A stretch of DNA of 64,000 nt from Amphiscolops sp. MND2022 (lineage: Eukaryota), in the NCBI GenBank assembly GCA_964187785.1, contig OZ076409.1, positions 39,434,001 through 39,498,000 of the forward strand. Reading direction: 5' to 3'. Under the pieces are notes generated by a model. The model saw nothing but the letters and a program-made list of their open reading frames with translations, was not told the origin of the DNA and did not search any database. The position numbers were made by a program, and so were the translations under genes. Of the stretch, positions 12,401-24,934 are shown piece by piece (positions within the stretch are counted from its first letter, which is position 1; each line of letters starts with the position of its first letter).

Positions 12401-15127
12401 TGTTTATTACACCTGTTTCTGTTTTTCAGGAAGAAAAACTTCTTTTGCTTCAATTTTTTTCCAAGTTTTTCGGCGCAAAGTAGCCATTTCGATTCCGAAG
12501 TTTGGAATTTTTCCAGAGCTCAAGAACACAAAACGTCTATTGGAAACCTTTAAGCAACATGCAGGCTCGAAACCTAAACTATAATCTAAACCGGTCTAAA
12601 TGTTGATCTCGGGTTTGTTTCTCGAGCTGTGACAATAAAATTCTTCTAAATGTAGTACGCTAACAGACGTTCACGTCAAGCAATTTCATTTCGATCAGAG
12701 CAGTAAACATGGATAAAGTTCACAAGGACAACGCTTTTGAACAACTCAGTCAAATCGAAGCACAATCTCTAGTAAAAAAAGCATTAGTGATTTTTTTTTC
12801 ATTTTAACTTGCTCTCTATGGAGTCTACAATCACTGAATGAAAAGTCTAAAGCATTGAACAATCATTAAACATTGATTTTGCTACCTTTATTCTTGGGAA
12901 AGCGAAATATCTTTTAGTGGTAAGAGATGAATTTTTTTAATTTTGTCGGCTGAGTACTATAGCCCTAACAGAATGTCTCTGTACTAGTTTAGCGATAGAA
13001 ATAGCTGGGCTATATTTCATACGTAGTTTGCATGAAAAGAATAACATGCCACAACATTTGTTTTGATAATAAAAATAGTAAAAGGATACTGTAGGAGTTC
13101 CGAGAGTTTAGATGCACGAATCCAAATATCATTGGAAAGTTTCAAACCGTTTTGTGTGTCCAAAGTAGTTTTTCTAGGCTTATCTGTTTGTTGAAAATTT
13201 GAGAACATGCTAATTGAACAAGTGTTAGAAATCCACAGATAACGACAAAAGTAGACAAAAACGTGCATTGAACATTCTTTAAATACCAAAAATAGCAACA
13301 AGAACACGCTGGTTTTATCTTCTGTATCGATAAATACTTGAAAAACAAACGCCGAACAATGAAATTGTATGAAAATAAAAAATCAAAGAAATCGAAAATG
13401 CACTAGGTGTACGTAAATTCCTGGTACCCTACTGTATATCCTTTTGGGCTTTTTTTAGTTCTTTTGCATGTTCTAATGTTCACCGCAGCAACAAATATTG
13501 GCTTGCATCTGAGCTGTATTTTACTTTAACTGATTAGAATTAGGGTTTCAGTAACATCATAAAGCATTTTTCTCCTCAAACAAAACTTTTTGAAGAGTGA
13601 AGAGCTCCGTCGATTTCAAGAAAAACATGTTGTCCCTAGCAATTTCAATTCAGACTTTTCTACATTTTGTGAAAATGAATTTAATTTTAGTTTTTGAAGC
13701 GGTTTTGCGGCCAAAACTCACGACAATTCAATATTTCCAGAGAACATCAAATGAAATTTTTATTCAACAGGAACAATGTGAAAGAATATGAAGGGAGAAG
13801 TTAAGAACAGACCTGAAATGAGGAAAAATGCGGGCATCCATTTGTACATGTTTGGCATATTGTGTGCTTCAATCTTTTCGAAGTAGCTGCTGTTTTCGGG
13901 CAAAGAGTACCAATAATTTGTGTCCCAACAGTGGGACTCCGTGAAATCAATCATCTGTTCCGTGAACTGTACGGGGGTCCAGCAGTTGATTGGGTTACCT
14001 ACATTCTCAAAAGTTTGACAACATTTAAAACACTTGCCGCTGAGTTCAAGAAAAAAAGGTACAGAAAAAATACGCTTTTCTTTGTCTAAAATTTAACGTC
14101 TTGAATAAGTTGCTCTCAACGAATTCCTTAATTTCGAATAAAGATCTTCAGAGAAATCTGAGTTAGAATGCAAATTTTTGAGTCGGAATCCAAGATCTTG
14201 ACGAGATATCCAAGATCAAATCCGAAATAGATATTTACAAAAATTACAAGATTTCAGGGTATCTCAAAATCTTTCATTAAATCACTCTCTCAAAAACTTT
14301 CTCAAAGGCATTCAAAATCTCATATGCTGAGTATACAAGGAGGAACATGGTGTCTGGTGTATTGAAATTAATTCTCATAAACTCCTGAATTCCCTTCATC
14401 CGTTGAAGAGTATAGTATGCCTAAACCAATCCAAGACTTTGCAAGCAAGAAATATAATAAAATCTTGTTTTGCTCACACTTCAAAACAATATCTTAACTC
14501 AAAATCAAAAATTATGCACAGGATACATTTGAAGACAGCTTCTAAAATCAAAAAGTGATTCCTGTAGAACTAAAATTAACGAAACGTACCGTGTTTTCCA
14601 TTTGATAAGGCATGTCTCAACTTCGCACAATGTCTCGAATTATACTTTGTAAACGGGTACTTCTTAGAGTTGGGTTGTCTAACAATCGTAAGATCAAGAA
14701 AATTCATCAGATATCTTGAATTATTTTCGATTTTTTTTCGATTATTAGGTCATATCATTCTCTCGTAGTTTTGGCGGTGAAAACGAGCCATAATTAATGA
14801 AAAAAATCAAGATAATAGCTGATTACGAAAATTGCTCCAACTCATTGTTTCACGAGGCATAGTGTTTTCGGCAGAAATATACGTCTTATATTCAGGGGGT
14901 GTGCTTTATATTAGCGCGAACGATAAAAATCGAGGGGGTGTCTTACATTCAGAGAATGCCTTATAATAGGAAAAACACTGTAACGCCACGATGAGCTCAC
15001 CAAAAAATTGGTACATTGCCGAAACAATTGCAGTAAAAATAAAGAGCGAAGGTGTGAACACATAATTTAGTCGGTCCACCCAATCGCCAAAATGGGAGCC
15101 GTAAACTGCTACACAATTTCGATTCAT
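461..15127 (-). CDS. inx: Innexin (gap-junction protein), spliced: exons 15127-15001, 13998-13813, 12316-12132, 745-461; last exon unresolved (candidate ~138-366)
   Basis: Joined translation gives innexin motifs in order: DWVDRLNY..YQFFG|NPINCWTPVQF..ESHCW..YKWMPAFFLISG|LLFCLPMFGLKMLVRSFGLNV..|..MYIGHKL..LFPDKLILCDMTVRSIG..YC. GT-AG boundaries have compatible phases (1,1,0). An acceptor at ~15141 implies a further upstream exon. Confidence 0.88.
1645..2108 (+). mobile_element. Non-autonomous Helentron/HINE-like element
   Basis: T-run + AGTCGGCGC (1651-1659); inverted GCGCCGACT (2080-2088), then hairpin GCCG-atcc-CGGC and TTGTT end. Homologous copy at 26171-26527. Confidence 0.55.
2690..3956 (+). 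repeat. 5' LTR of Bel/Pao element (1267 bp)
   Basis: TGTTGGCGCC...CCCTTAAA, direct repeat of 10617-11882, followed by the PBS. Confidence 0.95.
3312..3909 (+). pseudogene. SGNH/GDSL hydrolase (esterase-like) gene inside 5' LTR, +1 frameshift near 3708
   Basis: Blocks LLIADSQ, SMPGA, VGGNDL; DKVH follows the frameshift. 598 nt versus 597 nt in the 3' copy. Confidence 0.85.
3959..3976 (+). promoter_or_regulatory. Primer binding site, tRNA-His-like
   Basis: TGGTGCCGCGACCCGGGA, 2 nt after the LTR; resembles the complement of the eukaryotic tRNA-His 3' end (TGGTGCCGTGACTCGGA). Confidence 0.7.
3990..10638 (+). pseudogene. Bel/Pao gag-pol polyprotein, interrupted by about 3 stops and 3 frameshifts
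   Basis: ATG at 3990; LPKLKLKEFFGDPLEWPEW (DUF1759-type gag); three Cys/His knuckles; protease LLDTGS; RT YLPHHPV..YMDD; RNase H HIFSDAS; integrase GIDYFGP..SDNGSNF..GGVWERLV. Stops at 5770, 6136, 7877; frameshifts near 4700, 7510, 8300-8345. Confidence 0.95.
10617..11882 (+). repeat. 3' LTR of Bel/Pao element (1266 bp)
   Basis: Direct repeat of 2690-3956, preceded by purine-rich GGAAAACAGGGCCGGCGA (PPT). Confidence 0.95.
11239..11835 (+). pseudogene. SGNH/GDSL hydrolase gene inside 3' LTR, one premature stop (CAA>TAA at 11434)
   Basis: ORFs 11239-11436 and 11461-11835 are in one frame; 198 codons with ADS, PGA, GGND and DKVH blocks. Confidence 0.85.
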
Positions 15128-15884
15128 TGTGAAAATTAGCCTGTAAATTTAGTGTTGTTGATGTCAAAGTGCCCAATAAAATAGTATAAAAGTTTGTTAA
15201 GTTTTATCGCTCCGTTTGTTTGCTTTATCCGCAAGGTGCCAAAGTTTAGATGAACTTCACGCAAATTGCTGATCCTCTGAAATGGATGTCAAGAAGAATT
15301 ATAAGGAAAACAAATTTACCCTGATAAGAATTGACGAGAGCTTAGACATCAACCGCATGTTCATTCTATCGTTATATAAAGATGCAGAGTGAGATAAACC
15401 TACGGAGTTTTGGTTAAGGTTCAAACTTAGAAGCAAAATTTTAGGATATTTTCAATTATGTCCCAAAATTTTGATCCGATACCTCAGCAACCTTTGAAAC
15501 ACCATCAAAACTAGTCAAAATATCTGTAATACAGGCATTTTTAATAGAAAAGCATTTTTTCTGAATTTTTCACACCGTTTAGTTTTCCAACCTCGATTGT
15601 ACAAATTCACTATATGGACTCTCGGAATAGTTTAATGGACTCTCGGAGCATCAAATCTACATTGCATGGTACTCACTGTAGAACGAAAGACTATCTGGGT
15701 ATTTTCATTATAATTCCTTCTTTGAAGAAGAATCTGTGAGAGACTTTCAATCTGCTCTAGACGATCGTCTTTTTAGCAGTTTGTTGTGCGATGATTAGCT
15801 GAGGCTAAGAGTTCCCCTTTCATATATTTATTGGCTGTAACTTTTGATAAACTTTTAACTAACAGTGACTAAGAGAATGTCTTT

Positions 15885-16045
15885 TAGTCAGCGATTTCTG
15901 TGCAAAAAGTACCCGACTTCTGTAGTGACTACTTTTTTTCATTTTTCTCAAAAACTAAAAACACTAGTCAGCGGTTTCTGTGCAAAAAAGTACCCGACTT
16001 CTGTAGTGATTACTTTTTTTCTTTTTCTCAAAAACTAAAAACACT
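15885..16045. repeat. ~80 bp tandem duplication (2 copies)
   Basis: tagtcagcg.tttctgtgcaaaaagtacccgacttctgtagtga...aaaactaaaaacac occurs twice. Confidence 0.85.
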
Positions 16046-17137
16046 ATCTGACACTATCAGAACTTTTGAAATTAAATTAATATGAAACAGCAGGAGTTAA
16101 TTTGAAGGACTTCGGCGCTCTTCGAAACACCAACAAGGTACCAGCGTAGGCCAAAACTAGCTTGCTTTTTTGGTTTTGATGAGCTTGTTTTTGTCCGTCC
16201 ATTTCCACTATGGCAATAAAAATAATGTTCCAGTTCCAATATTCCATTTCCAATTTCAATTTCAGAAAAAAGGAGTTCATTTCACGGTAAAAACCGTTTC
16301 GTCTTCCAAGTTAACAACGAAAAGGTTAGATTCCTAGATAATTCGACATTTTTATGCAAATTCTGAATGTTCTCGCTGGTAATTTGGTAGTTTTTTTATG
16401 AGCCAAAAAACTAAAATAAACCAATAAGTGTCAAAATTTCAAACTTCTAAAAACTTTCTGTGCAAGTTTCTTGGTTTATTGGCTAAGCTTGAACCCTAAA
16501 CGTATGCACATCCGGCGTCTTAGTATGTACTATACAGCAAGATATACCAGGTCAAGCCAGATAAAAGGTCGTCTACTAAGTTCTCCAATTGAAAGGAGAT
16601 TTTATATATTGGACGGCATATACACACAATATTCACTTGATATCAGATCGAAATTTCAAAACAAAAAATTCCAATTTACGTGAGAAACTTGGTACATTGG
16701 TGAGAAAATTGTTTCATAGACAAAAAGGGTGTTTACACGGATTGTTTTCCTGTTCAGTCTACTGGGATCCTATCAGTTTTACAAATGCTCATGCAAAAAT
16801 TGATGATGCACAATCAACTGGCCAATATACATTGCCCAGTACGCGTTGGTTGTTCACGCTTAAATTGCAATTAAAATGCAAGTAACATTTTTTTGAAATT
16901 TGATTGCCAAGTCACTTTTGTTCATGCTCTTGAAGTGAACCAACTTTTTAACGAAAAGCTGAGCTGCGTATTAGCTTTGGATTCCCCTTCTGATTTGATG
17001 ACGCGGGTGGCAGCAAAAAGCATAGCTTTGGAAAAGTGAAATGATCTCTCATTAATATTGTGACATATGCTGTCTAATTCGTTTTGAATTTGCGGTTTTC
17101 GTACAGATACTAACAAATTTTCTTAGTACAGGTGATG

Positions 17138-17710
17138 CTATGTGAAAGGACTACGGTCCCTGTTGTCATTTAGATCAATAGCAGACCTGCAGTACTTTTT
17201 TGTAATTTTAGATTTGAACCCATTTGTGTCTTCTCTGATCTCTTGATTATCCGGAGACAAACCGGACTCAGAGTCCTTGTTCCCTGAAGAGGACATTGAA
17301 CTTACAATGTTCTGGATCTCTGGTATAACTCTTCCAGTTATGGTTGAAGTTATTGCTCTATTGATCTGGGAGTGCATCAAGAACATCATAGAGTCCATCT
17401 CCTGAGAAAGTCTCATTTTGAATTCACTAAAAAACGTTTCTTTTGTTTCTTCGAACCTATTCTGTCTTGGAATTGTACCTCCATTGCCGTATTGCCCGAA
17501 ATCATTTCCCTGGGGCTGATTTCCTCTAAACTGTGAATTTGATTCAATGTTCCAAAAGTTTTCTGAGTTTCCAATAACATCAGATAGGTCACGTTCAATA
17601 GGATTGGTATTTTCAATTCCAAGTATTACGTCCATACTTTCAAAGTAGGACATCATGTCCAACTCTCTTGATTTTCTAGTTTTCAATTTTTGTCATGTAG
17701 TTGAAGGCAT
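17138..17710 (-). pseudogene. Retroelement-associated ORF (MPSTT*QKLKTRKSRE... family), copy 1
   Basis: 182 aa ORF extends to ATG 17710 across one TGA; homologous to the ORF at 63391-63977. Confidence 0.5.
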
Positions 17711-19274
17711 AAGAAATTGTTACAAGAGGAAAGATGTAAATTTTATTTGGCTTGTAAATCAGAACTTGTACCAACTGTATTGAGGTGTCATTATACAAGA
17801 TTATGTATGCATAACTAGATTATGCAAGACATACAAAAAATAGAGGGCCATGGAGTTATTTTTATACCACCGAATATAAAAATTGCAACAGATTGTTCAT
17901 CATGTCTGTACAAATAGCTGTTGACGTAATTCTCCATTAAAACAATAGCATCAATATGACATACTAATTCTAAATATAGCCATCAAGACTGAGCGGCAAA
18001 ACGTGTTTATACCGCCTTGATGGATGCATCAGTAATAATAGACCCAAATATACATTTGCATCAACACCTAATAACTAACTACATGTTTCAATGCATCTTG
18101 GTTTGAAACAAATAATATAGTGGTCCATCTAGGTCAAGAATGTTTACAATTGACGCATATAGAAAAAGAAGGGGGAAGGACAATTTAGCAACGATTGCAT
18201 GCATAGATAATCATGTAGCATTTGGCCATAAAGGCCTAAAGAATCATTAAATTTGGTTGTTTAATTTAATTCCGGACTGAATGTCCCACAGCCTTAGTTG
18301 ATCGCTCCGATTAGTTGAACGGCCGAAAACGGCCTTTAAATGAAAGCATTCACAGCACATTAGAATTGGTTCTGATTGGTTAATTTTTATTCAGACCGGC
18401 TGTCCAAGACAGTTCATTTCACGGTAAAAACCGTTTCGTCTTCCAAGTTAACAACGAAAAGGTTAGATTCCTAGATAATTCGACATTTTTATGCAAATTC
18501 TGAATGTTCTCGCTGGTGATTTGGTAGTTTTTTTATGAGCCAAAAAACTAAAATAAACCAATAAGTGTCAAAATTTCAAACTTCTAAAAACTTTCTGTGC
18601 AAGTTTCTTGGTTTATTGGCTAAGCTTGAACCCTAAACGTATGCACATCCGGCGTCTTAGTATGTACTATACAGCAAGATATACCAGGTCAAGCCAGATA
18701 AAAGGTCGTCTACTAAGTTCTCCAATTGAAAGGAGATTTTATATATTGGACGGCATATACACACAATATTCACTTGATATCAGATCGAAATTTCAAAACA
18801 AAAAATTCCAATTTACGTGAGAAACTTGGTACATTGGTGAGAAAATTGTTTCATAGACAAAAAGGGTGTTTACACGGATTGTTTTCCTGTTCAGTCTACT
18901 GGGATCCTATCAGTTTTACAAATGCTCATGCAAAAATTGATAATGCACAATCAACTGGCCAATATACATTGCCCAGTACGCGTTGGTTGTTCACGCTTAA
19001 ATTGCAATTAAAATGCAAGTAACATTTTTTTGAAATTTGATTGCCAAGTCACTTTTGTTCATGCTCTTGAAGTGAACCAACTTTTTAACGAAAAGCTGAG
19101 CTGCGTATTAGCTTTGGATTCCCCTTCTGATTTGATGACGCGGGTGGCAGCAAAAAGCATAGCTTTGGAAAAGTGAAATGATCTCTCATTAATATTGTGA
19201 CATATGCTGTCTAATTCGTTTTGAATTTGCGGTTTTCGTACAGATACTAACAAATTTTCTTAGTACAGGTGATG

Positions 19275-19847
19275 CTATGTGAAAGGACTACGGTCCCTGT
19301 TGTCATTTAGATCAATAGCAGACCTGCAGTACTTTTTTGTAATTTTAGATTTGAACCCATTTGTGTCTTCTCTGATCTCTTGATTATCCGGAGACAAACC
19401 GGACTCAGAGTCCTTGTTCCCTGAAGAGGACATTGAACTTACAATGTTCTGGATCTCTGGTATAACTCTTCCAGTTATGGTTGAAGTTATTGCTCTATTG
19501 ATCTGGGAGTGCATCAAGAACATCATAGAGTCCATCTCCTGAGAAAGTCTCATTTTGAATTCACTAAAAAACGTTTCTTTTGTTTCTTCGAACCTATTCT
19601 GTCTTGGAATTGTACCTCCATTGCCGTATTGCCCGAAATCATTTCCCTGGGGCTGATTTCCTCTAAACTGTGAATTTGATTCAATGTTCCAAAAGTTTTC
19701 TGAGTTTCCAATAACATCAGATAGGTCACGTTCAATAGGATTGGTATTTTCAATTCCAAGTATTACGTCCATACTTTCAAAGTAGGACATCATGTCCAAC
19801 TCTCTTGATTTTCTAGTTTTCAATTTTTGTCATGTAGTTGAAGGCAT
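19275..19847 (-). pseudogene. Retroelement-associated ORF, copy 2, within TG..CA unit 19278-20552
   Basis: Duplicate of 17138-17710; on the minus strand the unit starts TGTCGTC (20552) and ends TTCACA (19278). Confidence 0.5.
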
Positions 19848-21185
19848 AAGAAATTGTTACAAGAGGAAAGATGTAAATTTTATTTGGCTTGTAAATCAGA
19901 ACTTGTACCAACTGTATTGAGGTGTCATTATACAAGATTATGTATGCATAACTAGATTATGCAAGACATACAAAAAATAGAGGGCCATGGAGTTATTTTT
20001 ATACCACCGAATATAAAAATTGCAACAGATTGTTCATCATGTCTCTACAAATAGCTGTTGACGTAATTCTCCATTAAAACAATAGCATCAATATGACATA
20101 CTAATTCTAAATATAGCCATCAAGACTGAGCGGCAAAACGTGTTTATACCGCCTTGATGGATGCATCAGTAATAATAGACCCAAATATACATTTGCATCA
20201 ACACCTAATAACTAACTACATGTTTCAATGCATCTTGGTTTGAAACAAATAATATAGTGGTCCATCTAGGTCAAGAATGTTTACAATTGACGCATATAGA
20301 AAAAGAAGGGGGAAGGACAATTTAGCAACGATTGCATGCATAGATAATCATGTAGCATTTGGCCATAAAGGCCGTAAAGAATCATTAAATTTGGTTGTTT
20401 AATTTAATTCCGGACTGAATGTCCCACAGCCTTAGTTGATCGCTCCGATTAGTTGAACGGCCGAAAACGGCCTTTAAATGAAAGCATTCACAGCACATTA
20501 GAATTGGTTCTGATTGGTTAATTTTTATTCAGACCGGCTGTCCAAGACGACAGGCAATGAAACATTTGAACACGTTTCCTTTGCCTGTACGCCTTGTTGT
20601 CCAATTCATACCTTGTACAAAACGTATATATTAACTCAATGCACATATTATAAATGTAGCAACTTTATCATAACTAAATTACAGGTTTTGAACATGAAAC
20701 AATAACAAATAGTTTCATTGACAATGGAAAAACCTTAATTCAATGAGATTGTGTTAGGTAGGGCCGCTGATAATTGAGGCAAAATGATCAAAAGTTGCCA
20801 TCACAGGGGACGCCTGGGACACTATGCTTTCAGTTTATCTTGAAGGACGCTTCTACAAAAGTACAAAGAGCGATCTCAAAAATTGTGATCTAGGAAACTA
20901 TTTGAGCTCTGAAGTAACAATGTTCCAAAATAACAATAACAATAAATTTATTTGCTTTTTTCCAAAAGTCATGAAATTTTCTAAATTTCTGTTAGTGAAT
21001 CCAATTTTGCCCACAGAATGTAGTTTTTCATCCGACTTGTATCTCAGTGATAGCTCATTTTGTTAGGAACGCGAACTCCATTCACCATAGCTATTCGTAG
21101 TGTCTTATCAAACCACAAACGTGGCACGAATAACTTGCGTAACTGCTCTGTCCGTTGTTTAAGAGTTTTAAACAGCGCAGTTTTA

Positions 21186-21445
21186 AAGAGGATGCCCGTT
21201 AAGCACCGGAATTTTTCCCGATAAAATTGTAACGCATCAGCCCGGGTTCGAACTCACGACCACGACCAGCCAGACACACTACCAACTGCGCCATGGTGAC
21301 TAGCTTTTACTAAATAACTAAAATAGTCAAGTACCTACGTGAGGTCGATGACGGAACTGGGAGGAGATTTGGCAGAACTTGTAAATAAAAATCACAACAC
21401 AGAATATGATTTTCCTCCCCCATTGTATGTGGGCGGAAAGTAACA
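21186..21445 (-). repeat. Interspersed repeat with internal tRNA-like Pol III module
   Basis: A box TGGCGCAGTTGG and B box GAGTTCGAACCC on the minus strand; flanks homologous to 31229-31530. Confidence 0.65.
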
Positions 21446-23635
21446 ACACTCTTTTTTCGTGCATTGTTCTGCAATGTCGATAATAATTCACTTTTCTAGT
21501 TCACTAACAACCGGCGCCGCACTTTGGTCGTTCGTGCTTGTTTATTGCTTATTCAATTAAAGCCATTCGTTTTCGGAGAAACAAAGAACGTTCGCCGATC
21601 GATGTCAATCACATGATTGACACTTTAATTCTTTTACAGTGAAGTTATTTCAGCTCAAACACTTCGTATATTGAGCACCTTGTTTCACAGTCCGCGCCCT
21701 GGCTGGTGGTTGTTCCAGGATCGGGATTGGAAGAGGACGTGGCTGCGCATCAAGATTCGCGAAATGGTACTTTAACTATTGAACTCACACTTTAACAAGA
21801 AAACTGTGACTCAGAAGGAATACTCAACCAAAATCTAAAAATGAAAGGAACACCAAAACAGAACAGACTGAAATGGTTTCACATATTTCCGTCAAGACGT
21901 TTGAGTAAAGGAATAAAGACTTTCTCAACCTAAAAACTGAATTAAAACTCGTCTTCTAATCCGAACCATAGGCTTATCTAAACGAAAATGAAAATACAAT
22001 AATTATCTTTAGACTAAAAGCAAAGACAGATCTAAACCAGAAACTACATTTGAAATGCATAATAAAAAGATTACGCCTTTTTGAGTAAAGGCAGCCTAAT
22101 TGCACTTTGAAAAGCAATTAAAGTGAAATAAGACGAGTACATGTCGGGTACTGAACAAATATTGCCCTGGTAGCATCTTTATTACAGTCGTGACGTCTTT
22201 ACTACGGCAGCTAGCTAAATTTTATTCAAAAATACTCGTCAGCATTTCGTCAAAATAGGCAGCCTGCCTACCTAGCCAAAAACACTAGTCAACACTATGT
22301 CGCAAATTTATGAAAATAAGCGTTTGGACGACATCAATTTTGAAATATCTGCCATTTTAGCAAGGAAATATCAAATAATTCTAACCTTAAGTCACGACTA
22401 TAGTTAATATGTTAATATGTTAATATTATGTTAATATAAAAAGCAAAAGGAGATCATATTCTCATGGTAAATTCGCACTACTCATTGCGAAAACAACAAT
22501 CAGGACTAGTTTAGATTTGTGTCATCTCTTTGTTGATAATTAACTTGAATGTCGCGGGACGAAACTTAGTGTTCGCTTTGTAGCGATTATTATTATGAAA
22601 ATAAAGGGCTCGCAGTTTGTGACCGCCTTTCGCCACATAAGACTGTGATTATCTCGTACACGGTTTCGGAATACTTCAGTGAAACAAGTTAGGTAGAATG
22701 TTTCAGTAAAGTACAAACAAAAGTCAAAGTTTATACTAATGGCAAGTGAAAAAAAGTATTTTGTCATAAAAAAATTTATATGCATATTTCTGTGCCTTGA
22801 CTAATGTAATCTTTTGTATGGTTTCAGTTCAAACAGTCGTCACCTTGTCGTGACCTAATCTGGATTTCAGTGCTAAATTCTTCATAATTGCTAGTTTTGG
22901 TGTTGTATTACCAAAACGAACCATGATCCTCATTTGTTGGCAGTTTAGTGTGATTTCTCACCACCTGTTGGAGTTGCGTTGCGCAATATTATAGTCATTT
23001 GTTATAAAAATTACATGTCAATCCCATTATCCTGCCTGTCAAAAAACAATTTTGGACTAAAGCCATATGATGTCTCTTGATAAGTAATTCCATTTTCATA
23101 TATGTATGTTGAAGTTGATGTTAGTGTTGATACTTAAGCACTGCTATTTAGAAACGTTGCCCCAATAAGAAATTAGACTACGTCGTCATCTCTTTAACCA
23201 ATATCTTGTTAAATGCGATAGTTACTGTAATTCTTAACCAATTAAGTGTTTGTTTAACGCGATATATTTACGCTTCCTTAGCATCATTCGAATACTAAGT
23301 TTGAAAAGTAGTCATAACACTTTTCAAGTTGACATTCAAAATCAGGTATTACTTGTTCACGCTCACGCCAGCGTTATCTCCGCGCCAAATTTCCCGCGAA
23401 CCAAAGCAGTAAAACAGAAACATTTCCACTTTGATAGGATGAGTTAAAATCTTTTTCCTGGTCAGGAAATATAAAGGACGCCGGAATGAAATGATGTGAT
23501 CACGTGTGATGACTAATATCGTAAAGAAGATTTTGTGCTCAAATCTAGACGAAAAGACGAAAGTTGAGGATTTAAGTGAATTTTGCCCCAATATCACAGT
23601 AAATGACTAATTGTTCGAAGGAAATTTAAAAAACC

Positions 23636-24185
23636 TGTCGTGATGAAACAATGCTAGGGGGGTACATATACCTTAGGTTTTGTGAAAGATTCATTCAATC
23701 TGTGATCCAATATCAAGTTCAATCTGCGTATTGGAAACGATAACTTTGAAAATTTTATTTCAAACTTGTCTAGATAAACTTTTTCAAGAAGATGTCTACA
23801 GGAAGCTAGAAAAGAAAGGACAATCATCCGGAGAACATCGAAAACGTAAGTGAAATTCTAGTTTTCCCCCTTGTTGTTGAAAATGGGGACCTTGGTGAGC
23901 AAGACGTAATGATTACATGGCCCTGCCATGCTAAGTTGCCCCGAATTGAGAATAGAGTGCTGGAGAGTCTGAGGACATCCTTGAAAGAAGAAATAACATC
24001 AGAGATGAAAGGACTGTTGATAGAATCCCAAAAGGAACTGTTGAAACTGTTAAAACCTAAAACAGGAGAGGACGTAAGAGAAGAAAAAGAAAACGCTAAA
24101 GAAGACTCTAGAAGTTTCTACACCCCAACTAGCGCAGTATAGATAAATTCTACTCTAAACCACGACCCTAGTACAAGTCGTGACA
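23636..24185 (+). mobile_element. Solo-LTR-like unit carrying a degenerate ORF (23792-24184)
   Basis: TGTCGTGA...GTCGTGACA ends; frame MSTGS*KRK..LESLRTSLKEEITSEMK..PSTSRD runs to the right end; no clear TSD. Confidence 0.45.
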
Positions 24186-24391
24186 CCTCAGTCGTCTTCA
24201 TTCAGTTCTTTGCATTCGTTCAGAAACTATGCGCTTTTGCAGCATATCCAAATGTAAAAGAACATGCATTTTAACTTCTCCTTACCCCTTATTTCCGTAT
24301 AAGTCTTGGAAAAAGTTCCAAGCCAGTCATTGAATGTCTGGTACATGCTAAAGTATCTGGTACCTGCTAATCATTTTGCTTTGACTTATTC

Positions 24392-24809
24392 TTACCATCC
24401 TCTTTCACTCCGAAGTTATCAGCAAGGACTTGTTCTGTAAAATGTGGCACAGAACAAATCTGACGTCTTTATCCACTTGAAAAGCATGTTTCATTTTGCC
24501 AATCACTTATTCACTTATTCCAATCTGTTAATTCAACATGCATCTTTTACCATCCTCTTTCACTCCGAAGTTATCAGCAAGGACTTGTTCTGTAAAATGT
24601 GGCACAGAACAAATCTGACGTGTTTATCCACTTGAAAAGCATGTTTCATTTTGCCAATCACTTATTCACTTATTCCAATCTGTTAATTCAACATGCATCT
24701 TTTACCATCCTCTTTCACTCCGAAGTCATCAGCAAGGACTTGTTGTGTAAAATGTGGCACAGAACAAATCTGACGTTATCCACTTTAAAAGCATGTTTCA
24801 TTTTGCCAA
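24392..24809. repeat. 155 bp tandem repeat, ~2.7 copies
   Basis: ttaccatcctctttcactccgaagttatcagcaaggac... recurs every 155 bp. Confidence 0.9.
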
Positions 24810-24934
24810 GTATGCCACATTGTTCTTGAAAACGGTGATCACTTAAATTGTATATTTTAGACAAGCTCTTCGAGTTTCGAATGCGTAACTAGAAGTTCAG
24901 GTTCAAATTTCGAAGTAAATCGGCTTCTGTTATG

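Larger units (their letters stand above)
16274..20548. repeat. Near-identical 2137 bp head-to-tail tandem duplication (16274-18410, 18411-20548)
   Basis: Same ORF set offset by 2137; about 3 substitutions and 1 indel seen. Confidence 0.95.

Noticed and set aside
13017..13348. Hydrophobic minus-strand ORFs as further innexin exons
   Set aside because: Flanking exons already join without a gap, and no innexin motif is present.
13722..13812. Apparent premature stop in innexin exon 2 (..FHIVPVE*), suggesting a pseudogene
   Set aside because: A GT donor at 13812 joins in phase to 12316 and gives a better TM2 (ISGLLFCLP), so the stop is intronic.
19896..19913. CA-gt-TGGTACAAG as LTR end plus PBS (640 bp LTR)
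   Set aside because: Beyond TGGTA it matches no tRNA 3' end I know; kept only as an alternative to the 1275 bp unit.
21240..21296. Functional tRNA gene
   Set aside because: A and B boxes are present, but there is no complete cloverleaf and it is embedded in an interspersed repeat.
21679..21775. GC-richer AG/GT-flanked segment, possible exon (LKYHFANLDAQPRPLPIP..)
   Set aside because: No homology recognised and no partner exon could be assigned.
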